Below, in pieces: positions 42,968-58,017 of a stretch of DNA of 64,000 nucleotides. The position numbers and the translations under genes are program-made. A model generated the notes under the pieces. That model had not been told where the DNA came from. It searched no databases and worked only from the letters and a program-made list of their open reading frames with translations. Each line of letters opens with the position of its first letter. Position 1 is the stretch's first letter. This DNA comes from the human T2T-CHM13v2.0 reference genome, Homo sapiens: assembly GCF_009914755.1 (NCBI RefSeq), contig NC_060925.1. The stretch is one strand, 5' to 3'.

Positions 42968-45789
42968 GTGAGTTTTGAGGTCTTGGTCAAACTCTGTCCT
43001 GCCTGGTGATGAAAGCCTGGAGTCTTGGAGTGGAGGGAGCACACAGAGGGAAGAGCCAGCAGTCCTGGGATGCTGGGGTCTGGCCCCGGGCTTGTTTACC
43101 CACATGCCCCTCCCTGGCACTTTCTCTGGAATATCACTGAGAATGAATTTCTTCCTCCTTCAGGTGGTCAGAATGTGCCCTCTGGGAGTTCAGAATGGCC
43201 CAGGGAGTAGGAACCTGGGATCTCCCTGTGGGCAGAGACCACCAAAATAATGAAAATTCTGGACAGAAATGGGAACTGCAAGAAGCTCAAGGAATTAAAA
43301 TATGAAGCCCGGGGAATAGAAGGCATGGGGGTGGGGCTGGGGCTGACTTGATGGCAGTTTTGACATCTGTGTAAGGGTGGCTGCTGACAGAAGGAAGAGT
43401 AATACTGCAGAGTAATGCTGGGACTGTTTGCCAATTGATCGAACTAGCTAAATGATTAATGGGGAGATGGCCCATTGAGCACTCTAGCCTTACTATAAGA
43501 AGCACCCAAGCTGTTGACTCTCAAAAAGCCATATTATTCACACATCATCATCCTGGAATTCAGTTAAGGTCAGAATACACCCAAACCCTCCCATCATTTC
43601 CTGTGGAGTCCTGCCAGTCCCCACACAGTGGGCTGAGTGGGCCCCACTTGAGCAAACAACTGGCTGGGCTCTCCAAGTGTGGCCGTTTCTGCCAGCTGGG
43701 GTCCCTCAGCATCCATGAGGGAGCTGGCTGCCATGGCCACCTGGTACAGGCCTCGGAGAGGGTCGATGGGGAGAGAAGGACCCCCAGGTCACCAAGTATG
43801 AGCCACTGAGGTTGGGGTAGAGCTCATGGTGTCAGGGGGATGCTCACAGTTTCTCTTACCCCCCACTTGCTCCACCTTGCCCTCCATAACCAACCCCCCT
43901 TATTCTCCACCCCCTCCCACATATACCCCAGGACATCAATCCTGAGGTGAGGGGTTTTCAAGAATCCGAAGCAGCAGAGGAGAAAATGCTGAGTCAAGCT
44001 GTGATCTGGGAAGCAATGTACTGGGGAAAACCATTTGGGAAAACTTATCCCAGGAGGCCTGGGCTAATGGCATTTGTGGTGGTGCAGGGAAAAGTAATAG
44101 GGAGGCTGAGACCCAAGCTCCACTCTTTTTTCCTGTGGGCACAAGACCCAGAAGTGTGGCTGCTTTCTTGGGCTTAGCCTGAAGCGGGAGAAATGGCAGA
44201 GCCAGCCCAGCTTTGCCGGCATGCTCACCCTCCGGAAGACTGAGGACTGAGGTGTGGGGGACATGCCCCAGCCTGGAGGCAGGAAAATTGGAACCTCTTC
44301 CTGCCACTGTGCGTGACTTGGGCTACATGTTCCTCCCTCTCTAGCTGTCATAGACAGCTGGGCAGTTAACTCTGGACAGTCTAGCCCACTCAATCAACAT
44401 CTGAGAAAATTGATGTCCGGGGAGGTGTCATGGCCTGCCCAGAGTTACTCCCTCAGTTAGAGACAGAGCAGATCTAGGGTGCATTAATGAGAAAACATAC
44501 ATGAAAGTCCCTGGGGGAGAGCCTGCTGTCCTCTTTTGTCTGGGTCAAATGTGAACTGTGTGAGCCTGCTATGTGCCAGCTGTTTGGGGGAATCCTAGAT
44601 GTAAGAGATGGTGCTCATTACCCTGCAAAAGCCTGTGTGCCCACAGCCACCTTCCCTCAGGAGATATAAGAGCTTTTAGGGCAGTGTTTGGAGTTGCCAT
44701 GGATGAGCAGGGCAGGAGGGAGTCCAATGCCATGAACCCTGGAGTGTGGGCGCTGTTAGCTTTGCTGGGAAATCAGGTGGGGAGGGGGTACATACACTGG
44801 CTATGTGTTGGCGCCTCTAAAAAACCAACTAGCAGCTGTTTCTTCACTTTTGGGGCACACTGCCTAATTCTTTCTCAATTAGCCACTGGATTGCCGCGCA
44901 GGGCATTTGGCTCAGCTGATGCTGGCTGAATTACAGAGCAATCCTGCCGCTAAGCGCCCACTGTACCTTTCATCTACAGGAGCACTTGATTCCATCACAC
45001 AAAGCCCAGGGCCTGCACCCACTTTACCAATGGGAAAGCCAAGGCTAGGAGCCTGGTGGCAAAGCCCTTGGCATCAGACAGCCTGGGGTACAGTGCCACT
45101 TCTACCAGCTGTGTGACCTTGGTAAAATCATTTGCCTCTGTGAGTCTCCGTTTTCTAATCTGAAACATAATGCCAGTAATAGTTAACTAATCTTACAGGG
45201 TTGGCCTGTGGATTAAGTGAGATGATGTGTGTAAAATTCTTACAAACCCTGACAAGCTGTATAGGAGCCTGCCCTACACTCCTTTCTCCTTTCCCATCTC
45301 CTCCTCTGAGGGCCTCCATCTCAACAATACCCCCTTCTTCCTGCCCTTGAGGGGTGAGTTCTTCTTCCAACTTTTGATCTCCAATTAAAAAGGGGAAAAG
45401 TGTGTTCTTTATCCTCTGTTCCCCAGAGCATTTGCTGGGGAGCCTGCAGGGGCAGCCAGATGTGGCAGGGGGAGGAGTAGATGGGAGAATAAAAGGAGAA
45501 AGAAATGATAGTCAAACCTTTTAATTGTTGCATAATTGGCACGCTTTGCAGTCTCTGGAGCTTTTCATGTGAGCTTCTCACTGGAAGGGTATTTCTCCCT
45601 CAGGCCCCATAAATCTCTGCCACTTAGACTTCTCTCATCTCCGGCAGCAGAGGGAAGATCAAACCCCTGCGGCCCAAGCTGCGGTTTGGCTGGAGCTGTG
45701 GTTTGGCTCCTCTGCAGACTCCTCTAAGTGGGGAAAGCGGCCCCCAGCCATACCACCTGGGGAGGAGGGGCCAGGTGCGGGCATGCACA

Positions 45790-45857
45790 CACGTGGTCAC
45801 ACAGGCATCTGGAACTGCACAGCCAATCATGTGCACGTGCAGCACACGTGCCACATG
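45790..45857. promoter_or_regulatory. E-box cluster with a ChoRE-type CACGTG-N5-CACGTG and a CCAAT box
   Basis: CACGTG at 45790, 45834 and 45845; AGCCAATCA 45821-45829; CACATG 45852. Motif evidence only. Confidence 0.45.
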
Positions 45858-47875
45858 TTTCAAGCCCTACATGACCCTCACTCCACGTAGGCAGCCCCAC
45901 CCCACAACCCAGCACAGCACAGAAATGCCCATCACAAATGCACCTGCAGCAACACACCCTCTGTTATGCCCTCAGCTCTGGAGACCAGGCTGTTTGGCTT
46001 CCAACCCTGGCTTTGCCCCTGCAAGCTGGGTCAGCCAGAGGAAGTAACTTCACCTCTGTGAGCCTCACTTCCTTCATCTGCACAATGGGCTACCTCAGAG
46101 ATGGGGAGAAAGTGTGAGAGACATACACCATGCTCTCTTTTACTCCAAAAGAGCCAGCAAATCCAAGTCATTTGGGCAGGGTTCAGGGGATGGGCACTGT
46201 TAAGACCTCTCTTGTTTAGCAGAACAAATCGTGCCAACTCCACCCGCCCCACCCCCTTCCTACAGAAACCTTGTTGCCCTCTGGGAAAGTCTGACCTCGT
46301 AGGAAGGAAGCTCCCAGGACATTTCTCCTGATGTAGTCATCATCATTCCAGACTTTGCCAAGAAACCTCAGCCAGAAGCAGACAGGTCATGCTCCATCCT
46401 GCATCCACAACTCCTTTCTACTTCCACAATGAGGATGACCCGAACTTGCTGGGAAATTGAGAATCAGAGGTGGTCTAGTCCCCAGACTGTGAAGTAGTAT
46501 TTCCACTTAACCAGATCAGACCAAATGTAGGTATTTGGGGGTGAGTTGCCCATGTCACTGTAATTTGCAAGTGACGGTAAACCACTAGAAACCATACCTC
46601 TTGCTTTGTAATACGTTGCTTCACTTAGCACTAGCTCCGTCAAGGTCAGATCAATCATAGGACTTCCCAGGTATCTAGGCTGAGAGATAAGAGAGCATGG
46701 TGAAGAACATTTCTAGGAAGGTTTTCCCAGGAGGTCTCAGGACCTGAAACCCTAGGTCAGTGTTTGGAAATGTGTGCCTGGAGGCCATGACGAGCTAGTC
46801 TAGCCTGACAGCTAATGATCTTTGAAAATCTTCGCAAGAAAAAAAAAGGTCGAGCAAACACAATTGCATCCTAAAGGGCCCACCCTCATGCTCTAGATCT
46901 GGGAACTTGATGGCTGAATCTCAGCTAGAACCCAGGAGGGGACAGGGCCCAGGATGGACCCCGGGGACAATAGTGTCTCACCTCTCTTGGGCCTGGGTGA
47001 TGCTCCTTGGGCCTTGTTATAACCTCACTAAACAAATCAGGCCCAACTGGAGCCCTGTGCTGGCTGGACACTTCCCTTTGGAGGAGAGCCTGGGGCCATA
47101 GTGAGAACAGAAATCTTCTGGCCCCAGCTCTCTCTCTAAATCAGGACCAGCATTCAACAGGGGCCTGGGACAGGAAGAGGGCAAAGAAGAAATGTATTGA
47201 ATTCTGCCTTATAATACAAAATTGTACCTTCCACATCAAATCTCCTCTGGTGATGGATGCTCTGGTGATCTGTTTCCACAGAACATTTTTACTTCAACAG
47301 CAACTGTAGCTAGAAAATGTTCCTCTCTGTGTGTGTCTTTGAAACCATTAATGCCAACAGGAAACTGGCTCTGACTTGGTTCTGAGAGTATCTGGCCACC
47401 CCTTACTCCTGGCCCTGATGTCAGCCTTTGGCCAGGGACAGGAAACCAGGTGGACTTCCATCGAGGTCCTCCCAGGGCTCAGGGTTCTTCCCAGGGTAGA
47501 ATGAGGATTCATCTTGACTTAGCAGACTTAGATTCAAATCCTGGCTTTGCCACCAGCATGTGACAGGTGCAAGTCACCTGACTTCTCAAGAGCCTCGATT
47601 TCCACAGATAGAAAATGGGGATAATAGTTTTCAATTGAGAAGATTGTTGGCAAGGATCGCATTAAATGAGATGACTTCACGTGATGCCTGGAACATTATA
47701 GGTGCTTGATTTATGTCGGCTTCCTTTCCTGTCCTCCCATTTAATGTTGGATGGAATGTGTCCTAAGGTGGCCGGGAGGATGTTACCCAGAAGTGTCATT
47801 TCACAGTGGTCCATGCTGTGTCTCATCTCCTCTGTAGGATGGATGGGAATTTCCAGGCAGTCAAGGCATGACTAC

Positions 47876-48338
47876 TGTGTTAATTTCCTGTGGCTGCCAT
47901 AACAAATTATCACAAATTTAGTGGCTTAAAAAAACAGCAACTTATTCTCTCACAGTTCTAGAGGTCAGAAGTCCAAAATCAAGGTGTTAGCAGGGATGGT
48001 GCCTTCTGGAGGGTTTGAGGCGGAATCTATTCCATGCCTCTCACCTCACTTCTGGTGTCTGGTGGCAATCCTTGACTTGTAGACCCATCACTCCAATCTC
48101 TTACTCTATCTTCACGTTGCCTTTTTTGTTTTCTTCTGTGTCTCTCCTCTGTGTGTCTCCTCTTCTTGTAAGAACATTTGCCATTGGATTTGGGGCCCAC
48201 CCTGTTAACCAAGGATGATCTCATCTTGAGATTTTTAATTCCTTCTGCAGAGGCCCTCTTTCCAAATAAGCTCACATTCACAGGTACCAGGTTTGGACAT
48301 ATCTTTTGGGGGCTACATATAATTCAACCCACTCTACA
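47876..48338 (-). mobile_element. MaLR LTR (MLT1-type)
   Basis: tgtgttaatttcctgtggctgccataacaaattatcacaaatttagtggcttaaa...ttcaacccactctaca. Confidence 0.85.
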
Positions 48339-49299
48339 GCTATCCTGGCGGGCTCCATGACAGAGCCCTCTGGGGATAGGCTGATAGGTTGGGGCAGGGG
48401 TCCAGATGAATCTCGCAAATTTGCCTTCATATCTCAAGGTAAGTGCTGATCATCCCACTAGTCACTGGGCAAATAATTCCCTGCAGTTAAGAGAATTAGA
48501 AATATTTTTTTTCTGAAAGGCTGTCTTGTCTCATATCTTATTTATCCCCCAATCACTTGTTGAGAAAGACAAGGCAGGAATTGTGTATCCTCATGTTACA
48601 GATGGGGAAACTGAGACAGAAGGTGGATGACTTGCCCAAGGACACCCAGCTAATTAAGAGCCAGGATTTTAATTTGGGTTTCTCTGCCTTTGGCCCAGCG
48701 TCAGCCCATCAGACCACACTGCCTCTTGAGGCTAAGAATCAAGGAACTCTCTTTCCTTGCCAGTTCTTAATCATCTTACATTTGTGGGTTTATTAGCTGC
48801 AAATTTGTAGGGTTTTGTGGCTTATAGAGGAATTTATTGCTCCATATAAAAATTTTTTTTTCTGGCTTCCCCCGCAGAACCACTAATCACTTTAAACAGG
48901 CAGAAAATTGAGCTGGCCAATGAGTTTGTGTTGCGTTCTGTGACCGTGACGAGTTATTAATAGTTCTTCCCAGCACAACATTCCTTTTCCCATTGCCCTG
49001 GTGTGGGGGGTAGCCAAGGTCACTGCTCCTGTCATTGCTGCCTCTCCCTCCCCTGCTGGCAATGGGGACAAAACTTCCACTGTGAACTCTACCCCCTCTG
49101 CCGACTGCTCCAGGCACCCCAGCCAGCTGGTCTGGAATGGAGAGGAAGAGAGGTTAAGGGGGGTGGGAAGCTTGGCCCACAGGTTCCGTAGTAGATGTAA
49201 TGGAGAGGAAACAAAGTTCAGGTCTGGCCCTCCCATATCTGTAGGAAGGAGGAGCTGGTAAGAATTAAAGATTACCACTCTCTTTTCTTCTGTTTCTTT

Positions 49300-50580
49300 A
49301 TATTCACTCATTCCATAAATATTTATTAAGTTTTTAGTATATGCCAGGCCACCATTATAGGCACTGGTAAAACATTTATGAACAACAAAGTGTAGTCCCT
49401 GCTATCACAGAGACTAAAGGGTTCTAGATCAGAAGTCCTGAGTTCTTTTAAACTTAACATGAATGCACTGTTACCAGCATTTCTGACCTCATCACCCTAA
49501 CCCCTTAACCTTGGCATGTCCCAAGGCTCAAGTTCTCCCAAGGCTCAAGTTCTGTTTACGCTTCTCTCCCTCCATGTTCTCATCTGGTCTTGTATGTTTG
49601 CTGATTACTCCAGCCCAGACCTATCTCCTGAACTCCAGACTTAAATATTCAAAGGCCTTCTTAACATGCTCACTGGATATCTAACAAATATCCAGACTTC
49701 CAGACTAAACCCCGGAGTCTTTCCCTGAACCCATCCCACCAGAAGTCTTCCCCAGCTCAGTGATGGCAGCTTTACTCCTGCAGTTACTCAGGCCCAAACC
49801 TTGGAGTCATCCAAAACAACTCTCTTTCTCTCACATCCCACATCCAAGCTGTCAGCAAACTCCATTGGCCCCGTCTTCCAACTATATTAAGAATCTGACC
49901 ACGTCTCACCCCTTCCACTGCTACCACGATGCTCCAAGCCGCCATCCTGCTCTCACCTGGGTTATTGCAGTGGCCTTCTATCTGGTCACTCTGCTTTCAT
50001 TCTTGTCATCCTACAATCTGTTTTCAACACAACAACCAGAGTGACTATTTTAATATACAAATCAGGTCATGTTACTTTTCTGTTCCAAACCCTCCAGTGA
50101 TTCCTCATCATACTCCAGAAAAAAAAAAGCCAACATTCTGTACTGGTCTACAAGGCCTCAGATGCTGTGGCCCCTTGCCGCCTCTCTGGTGTCACCCCCT
50201 CCTCAATCTAGTCCAGGCACGATGGCCTCCTTGAATATACTACTTTTGTTCCTGCATCAAGCCTTTTCCTTTTGTCTGGAATGTTCTTTCCACCATTATC
50301 CACATGGTTTACTTCCTCACCTCCTCCAGGACTTTGCTCAAATGTCACCTTTTAAGTATCCTCCCTGGTCACCACTTTGCAACCTCCATTCCCAGCACTC
50401 TCCATTTTCTACTTAATTTTTTTCCATAGCATGCACTGCAATCTGATATCCTAATAATGTATTTACTCACTTAATTGCCTGCCCCTTACCGCTCCATGAG
50501 TTTTGTTCACTTTTGTCTTTGCAGCACTTGACCCAGTGCCAGGCACAGGGAAGGTACTCAATAAATGTTTGGTGAACAAA
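49300..50580. mobile_element. L2 LINE remnants
   Basis: cctatctcctgaactccagac..., tcaggtcatgttac..., and the L2 3' end ggtactcaataaatgtttggtgaa. Confidence 0.75.
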
Positions 50581-51065
50581 TATTTCAACAAATAGATTTA
50601 TGGCTCCTGGCAAATCTTTATCCTCTCTGGGCTTCAGTTTCCCCATCTGTACTGGGAGGCATTGGACCGTCTAACATCTAAGGTTGTTCCCAGCTGCAGT
50701 CACATCTATACTCCGAGATATGCAGTCTCTAGCCCAGACCTCTCCTCTGCGCCCTAGATGTAAGTGTCCTCTAGTCAGTCCTATCACAGCCCAGGAGCTG
50801 GCACAGGTGTCCCATGCTGTCTTGGAGAAATGGCCTGGATATGGACTGAACCCACGAGGATGGTCCCTTGGCCCTCCCTTTGGTCCAGGTCACCTTCCCA
50901 TAAGCCAGTTGTTCAGAACTGCAAGACCCCAGCTTTTGACCAACAGGTCCAAGTCTCTGGGAAAGATTATCGGGCCACATTCTGCTGTGGTCAGGAACAC
51001 CTCAGAGCCTTCAGGTCGCCTGCATTAACGGGCCCCAAACATCCAGGTGAGAGGGATGTTGCCTA

Positions 51066-51113
51066 CAGAGGTCTGATTGCATCCAGAGGTCTGATTGCAT
51101 CCAGAGGTCTGAT
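51066..51113. repeat. 18-bp minisatellite, ~2.7 copies (CAGAGGTCTGATTGCATC)
   Basis: Direct reading. Confidence 0.92.
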
Positions 51114-52680
51114 GGATCCTGTTCTGGGTGCCATATCTTAAGCGTGGCAAAGGCTCTCCTGGGGAGGGTGGTGAGAGTATGAAGTGTCACAAAATGTGAT
51201 TCAAAGAACTGAAGACAAGCCTTGGATAGAGTACAATGATCATCTTTGGAAGGCAGATTACATTTTATGCTCTTCCAGCTGACAGGATGAGGGCCAAGCA
51301 GGGAAGTGAAGACGGGCACTCCAGCTGACAGTAAGGAAGGATTACTTAATCTGCAGAGTGGCCCAACAGTGACAGCACCAGACACCCAGCATGTCAGTGA
51401 GTGCCTTGCCCTTTAGATAGTTCTAGTACAAACTGGATCCCCAATTGGGCCGGAATCTCAGAGATGATTCCTCTTTGGGGGCAGGTTGGACTATTACTTT
51501 TTACCACCCTTCTAATTCTAGGTTTCTGTGGTTCCAGGTGCTTCATTAGGGCAGGGCAACAAGTAATCTCAATCTCAGAGATCAGTCATTTTCATTAAAA
51601 TCAGCACTGCTATTGCTTCAGGTAGATTCTGAATTTTCTCTCTGGCAAGAAAGAGAACGTAGGTGGAAGGAGGGAGGTTGTATCTGTGTCTCTCAATGGA
51701 AGCTAATGACAGCTTTACTCATTGCTGCATTTATTAATGGGTGGCCTTTTATGTAGATTGTTTAGAAGGTAAAACAATACTATTAGTTTTAAAGTTTTGG
51801 TTGGTTCCTGGCTCACCCAGTCATCTGCCCCAAGCACGTGGAGTCATATTTAGGACAGAGGCTCTGTCTGCAGTATGAGAAAAGCAATTAAGACATGTAT
51901 TCATTGTGCTAGCTTGCCTTTGTTCCAGGCCTTTGGGAGATAAAAGGCAATTCAGAGTTTACAATCTCTCCAAAATTTCTGTGTTTTGCATTTCACACTG
52001 GGGAGCTAGGCTCACCCATATTCCCTCATGTACCCTTATCTGTGATCCAGTAATAAACACAAATGTTAGCCTTGAGAATAAAAATGTAAGTGGAAACCCA
52101 ATTAATGATATTCATCTTTCTTAATTGCTATGAAAAGGGGATGGGCCAACTTGCATGCTGACTTTTGTAGTATCTAAAGAATGAAAGTGTCTGTTCTAGT
52201 AGCTTATGTCTAGTAAAAGGAAGAGGTCAAAGGAATTGGCATTATTTGAACATCTACTCTGTGCTAGTCTCTGGACCAGGTGAACAGAGCAATCTTATGC
52301 AATGGGTATGTCCCATTTACAGGTGAAGAAATGAGCTAAGAAAATTAAGAGATTTGTTCAAGATGATCCTGTTGGTGCACAGAAGGCAAGAACTCTCTCT
52401 AACACAGATAACATACAAAAAGACATCTAACTTCCAAATCATAATTATTTGGCTTTGACATGCTTATAAGCATCAAAAGAAACTCCTGCAGAAGCCCAAT
52501 CCTCCACGTCCATTTATCCTCTCTCCCTAAAATTTTTTTGTTAGCCCTGCTATTTAGAGCCTAGCCAGGATCCAACTCTGTGTAGAATATAGGAAAGTGT
52601 TTTAAACCAGGAGCCAAGAGGCCTGAGTTTGAGTCCTGGCTCTGGGACTTGCAGCAATTTACCTCCTCTCTCCAAGCTCA

Positions 52681-53000
<320 letters not shown>

Positions 53001-54819
53001 AAAAGAAGGGACTGGACAGGATGACTGTAAAATCCTGCCAGCTCTGTTGTCTGAATCTACAGCTGAATCTACAGGGAGGCTCCTCAGAGATCTCTGAAGT
53101 TGGCCATTTCTGCACAGCCTGATGGAAAAGAGAAAATTAGGCATGTGGGTCCTTGAACAGCTTAGGGCTGGGGTTGCCTTCTCAGCTACTTTTACCGATT
53201 GCATGGATTTGCCATTTGTTTTGATTAGATTTGGCTAGAAACAGTTGAGCAGATGAAGGGGTGTCTTAGCTATGGACAGCTGCAGCTTCCAGACTGAGCT
53301 CTGGCTGGAGTTGGAAGTGGTTTCTCTTTAACTTCAGTCCTTCCCCCTCTGCTTCTAGCTCCCGGGAGCAGGAGACAGAACAATGAACTCTTCCTGGGCT
53401 TCTGGCTGATTGTGGGCTGTTAAAGATAATAGTCTATTAAGCCATGGATGAGTTTTCCTGCTGAAGTTTAGGGCATCATAAGCCATCCTGCAATGAAAGA
53501 TACACACTGAGCCTGGTCTGCATGTTAGAGTCTAATCCCAAAGGCCAAGACACTGCCATGAAGCAGCCAGCTACCAAGGCCAAAGGAGCCCCCATCTTGA
53601 GACCCTGCACAGTGGACTCAAATGATCATCTACAACAATGAACATTCACATATGTGGCCTTGTGCCTGTGCTGTGGGAGATCCAAAAGTGAACCCATATG
53701 CTTCCCAACCTCAGCAAGCTTCCTGTCTCATTGGGGAGACAATATGCATGCAGAAAACCCAACTCTGGACTCAGATTGCCTGGACTTCAATCCCCGCCCT
53801 TCTAATACTAGCTGTGGAACTGTGGTCAAGTGATTATCTCCCTCTGTGCCTCAGTTTCTCATCTCCAAAATGGAGGCCATTATGGTACCTACCTCAAAGG
53901 GTTGGCATGGGAATTAAATGAATTAATATATGCAAATCACTAGAACCATGACTATTACATAGTAATTACTATTATCCTCTATTATTACCATTGTAATGCT
54001 ATGCATGCAGAGGACGAAAATCCCAGAAAAGTTCCAAGAGAGTGAGTGAATCATTCTGACTACAGGGATTGGGTTGGATTGAGGGAGAAAGGTATAGTTG
54101 GACCGGACTTCAAAGGATGACTAGGATTTTAACAGCTGAGGATGTGGGGAAAGGGTATTTCAGGCTGAGGGCATGAGGGGCGCAAGTAACTACACAAGGG
54201 TGTGAAAATGGCACAACCCATTAAGGGCTGAAATGGCAGATGAAACTGAGGGATTAGTTAAGGGCATCGGAGCCCATTAAGGGATTTGGATTTTGTCTGT
54301 AAGCCCTTGTTCTGGAAGCCTTTCCAGATTTTTCAACAGGAGAGTGACAGACTCAGTTTTGCATTTTAAAAAGATCTTTCCGGCAGATGTGTAGTAGCTA
54401 AGAGTGTGGGCTTCAGACTCACACTGCCAGGGTTCAAATCCTGGCTGTGACACCGAATTAGTTCAGGTAGGCTAAATGGCTGTGACATATAGACTGAAAC
54501 ATGTATAATGGCACAAACACAATAGAAGTTTATTTCTGGATCATGTAACAGTCTAAGGAGAGTGTGTCTTCTTGGCAGGTGGCCTCATCCATGTGATGAC
54601 TCAGGGATCTGGCTTCTTGGGAGCTTGCCACCTCCAGGGCCTCATTGTTTTTGGCCTGTAGCTGGTGGAAGGGTAGAGAGACCAGTGAGGAGACAAGTTG
54701 TCTATTTTATAAATCCTGGACTAGATACAGTATGCACCACTTCTGACACACCTACTGTGAAGGAGGCTGAGAAGTCCACTCTTGCTCCATTCCTGGCATT
54801 CTTCCTATTATGATAAGCC

Positions 54820-55017
54820 AGCACTGCCCAGTAGAACTTTCTGGGTTGACGGAAATGTTCTGCATCTGTTCTTATATGATAGTTGCTTGCCACATGTTGC
54901 TACTGAGCACTTGAAGTGTGGCTAGTGAAACTGAGAGCCAAATCTTACATTTTATTTATTTGTAGTTAATTTAAATAGCCACACATGCCTAGTGGCTATT
55001 GTATTGGTCAGTGCAGC
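54820..55017. mobile_element. MER3-like DNA transposon fossil
   Basis: cagcactgcccagtagaactttctg...gctactgagcacttgaagtgtggctagtg...gtattggtcagtgcag. Confidence 0.7.
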
Positions 55018-56444
55018 TATGGAGAAAAGAGAGAGTAGATTTTTACTTACAGACAGTAGACTCTGCCACAGCCAGGTATCAGTTGTGTGATATGAGTGAC
55101 TAATTTAATCTCTCTGTGCCTCGCTTTCCTCAACTGTCAAATGGGTATAATAGCAGTAACTGCCTCTTGAGGCTGTTGGGAGGATTAAGAGATTATTCAG
55201 TCAAAACACTTAGTGGCTGGCACACAGTGCTCAACCAATGTTATCATATGGATGACTTGGAGGCAGGGACAGCAGATAAGAAGTGTATAGCAGTCCAGAG
55301 GAGACAGCCCTCTAGAATTACCTCCAAGTATTGCCCTTTGCTCCAACCAAGCGATATTGCTTGCTCTTTTCCAAACACGACTCCACAGCACTCACTTCCT
55401 CTAAGTCATGCTCTCTCTTCTTGATCCATTCATCCCTTCATATTGAAATCTTGCTGTTCTATGACACATGTCACATTTCCATGAAGCCCTCATGGTCTTT
55501 CCAGCTCTGTGTGATCACTGCAGTCTGTGAAGGTCCTGATGCTTCGTGTGCTCTCCACAGTCATGTCAAAGATGCTCTTTCATTATCTTGTGCATTTGTC
55601 TAGATAGGAGTGGGTTTTTTTTTTTAAACCCATCTCTCTACCTTCCACTTTACCCAGCAGAATTCTTTGTGTATTGCAAGGAGGCAACAAATGTTCATTG
55701 CACTGAGTTGAATCCATCAGGAGCGGAGAGAGTTGCAAAGACATGTTCCCTGGACAATTAGAGCCACAGATTACATCTACATGGTACTATATGAAGCAGG
55801 ACTTTGGCAATTTCCCAGGTCATAAAATCTGTGTAGACGTCCAAATGGGAAAACTCCGGCCACCTCATTGGCATGGAGTTTGCAGCATTCTCTTTGACCT
55901 TTGCACAGTTTTTATTCTTTCCCATTTCTCGACAAAAATAGACTTGTAGTTCACATGCCTTTTACCATATGTCTTTTGCTACTGTCTGTTAGGCCACTCC
56001 TGCAAAATTCCTGACCAGAAACTGCCAAGGAGGGCTGGAACTACTCAATGGATTGCCTGGACATGGGTCCAATGAACTGTATAAGGACTCAATGATAGCA
56101 AAGTCACATGAAACCATCCCATGGTCTCTGTGGCCCCGGGCAAGCCACTCAGGACTATCTTGTGCCTTTTGCAACATCAACCTCAAAATCTTAAGGACGT
56201 TCCCCCAAATACTGTAGATTCTCTTAAGAGTCCATTAGTGTTTTCATTAATCAATTTATTTAGATGTCTTCATTGCTTCATCTATCAAGTATTTGTTGAG
56301 CTCCTGCTATGCGCCAGGATTGTTCTGGTGTTTAGAATATGAAACAATGTTTCTATTTTCAAGAAGCTTTCATTCTAATTGGGTGAGAAGAAAATAAACA
56401 AATATATGTCAGGTGACTAAGTTCTGTGAAGAAAGAACGGAAGC

Positions 56445-56929
56445 TGTCTCATTCTATATTGCTACATAACAAATCACCCCAAAATTTAGTGGCTTAAAAT
56501 ATCACTTTATTATTCTTCATGAATTATGGCTTTGCTGGCTCATCAGGTTGGTTCTTCTGCTGGAGCCATCCCCTGGGCTCATTCATGAGGTTGTAGTCAT
56601 CTGGACGCTCAACTAGGTCTAGGAGGTCTAGGGAGGCCACTCATATGTCTGGGGCCTTGGTATTGGTTGTCGGCTGGTCTTCTGTATCCACATGGCCCTC
56701 ATCATTCAAGAGTCTAGTCTGGAATTTCTTACATAGTGGTGGGAGCATTCCAAGAAAGCAAAGGCAGAGGCTGTGAGGCCTCATGTGATTAGGGACCAAG
56801 TCACACTATATCACTTCCATTTCATTCTGTTGGACCATGCCAGTCACAAGGCCATCCCAGCCCAAGGTAGATGTCACATCTTGAGAGGAGAAGCTGCAAA
56901 GGATTTGTGATCACTTTTAATCTACCACA
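56445..56929 (-). mobile_element. MaLR LTR (MLT1-type) inserted into L2
   Basis: ctatattgctacataacaaatcaccccaaaatttagtggcttaaaa...tttaatctaccaca. Confidence 0.75.
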
Positions 56930-57157
56930 CTGGATAAGGGAATAGCAAATGAGAGGATATGCTATTTTAGATAGAGTAGTCAGAGAAGGGCTCTCTGATG
57001 AGGTATAATTTGGGCAGAGACCTGAATGAAGTGAGTAAACCATAGAAGTATTTGGGGAAGAGCATGCTAGGCCTATGGAATAGCAAGCAAAGTCTCTGAA
57101 GCCAGATCAATGCAATACTTTGCGTTTGAGATAATAATGCAATATTAAGACTTTTCA

Positions 57158-57593
<436 letters not shown>

Positions 57594-57978
57594 TCATGTA
57601 TACAATTTAAGACCAAAAAGAGAGGCCATTGCTTTCATCCCTGCTGCCATCCTCAATTCTCCCAGTCTGGTTTTCTAGGCATTTTCTGTAGCCCCTGGTA
57701 GAACTCCAGGAACTCCACAGTTTGAAAATTCCTCCCTGTTTCCAACTCCAGTACCTCTGGTTTTAGTCAAAGTGCTTTGCACACATCCTGGCCTCCGCCT
57801 GACCACATCCTTCACACAGCCTGTGGGAGCCTCTCTGTGAGCAAATCAACAAGGTTTGACGCATGAGAGGCAAAGGTATCTGACTCACTAGAGAACGGAG
57901 CAGAGAGAAGCAAAGCAGAAGGGATTTTCTACTGTAATTACCCAAGATCACCAGGGCAGTCTGAGGGTAATTGGGTAA

Positions 57979-57981
<3 letters not shown>

Positions 57982-58016
<35 letters not shown>
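57982..58016. repeat. (GT)17 microsatellite
   Basis: Direct reading. Confidence 0.97.
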
Positions 58017-58017
<1 letters not shown>

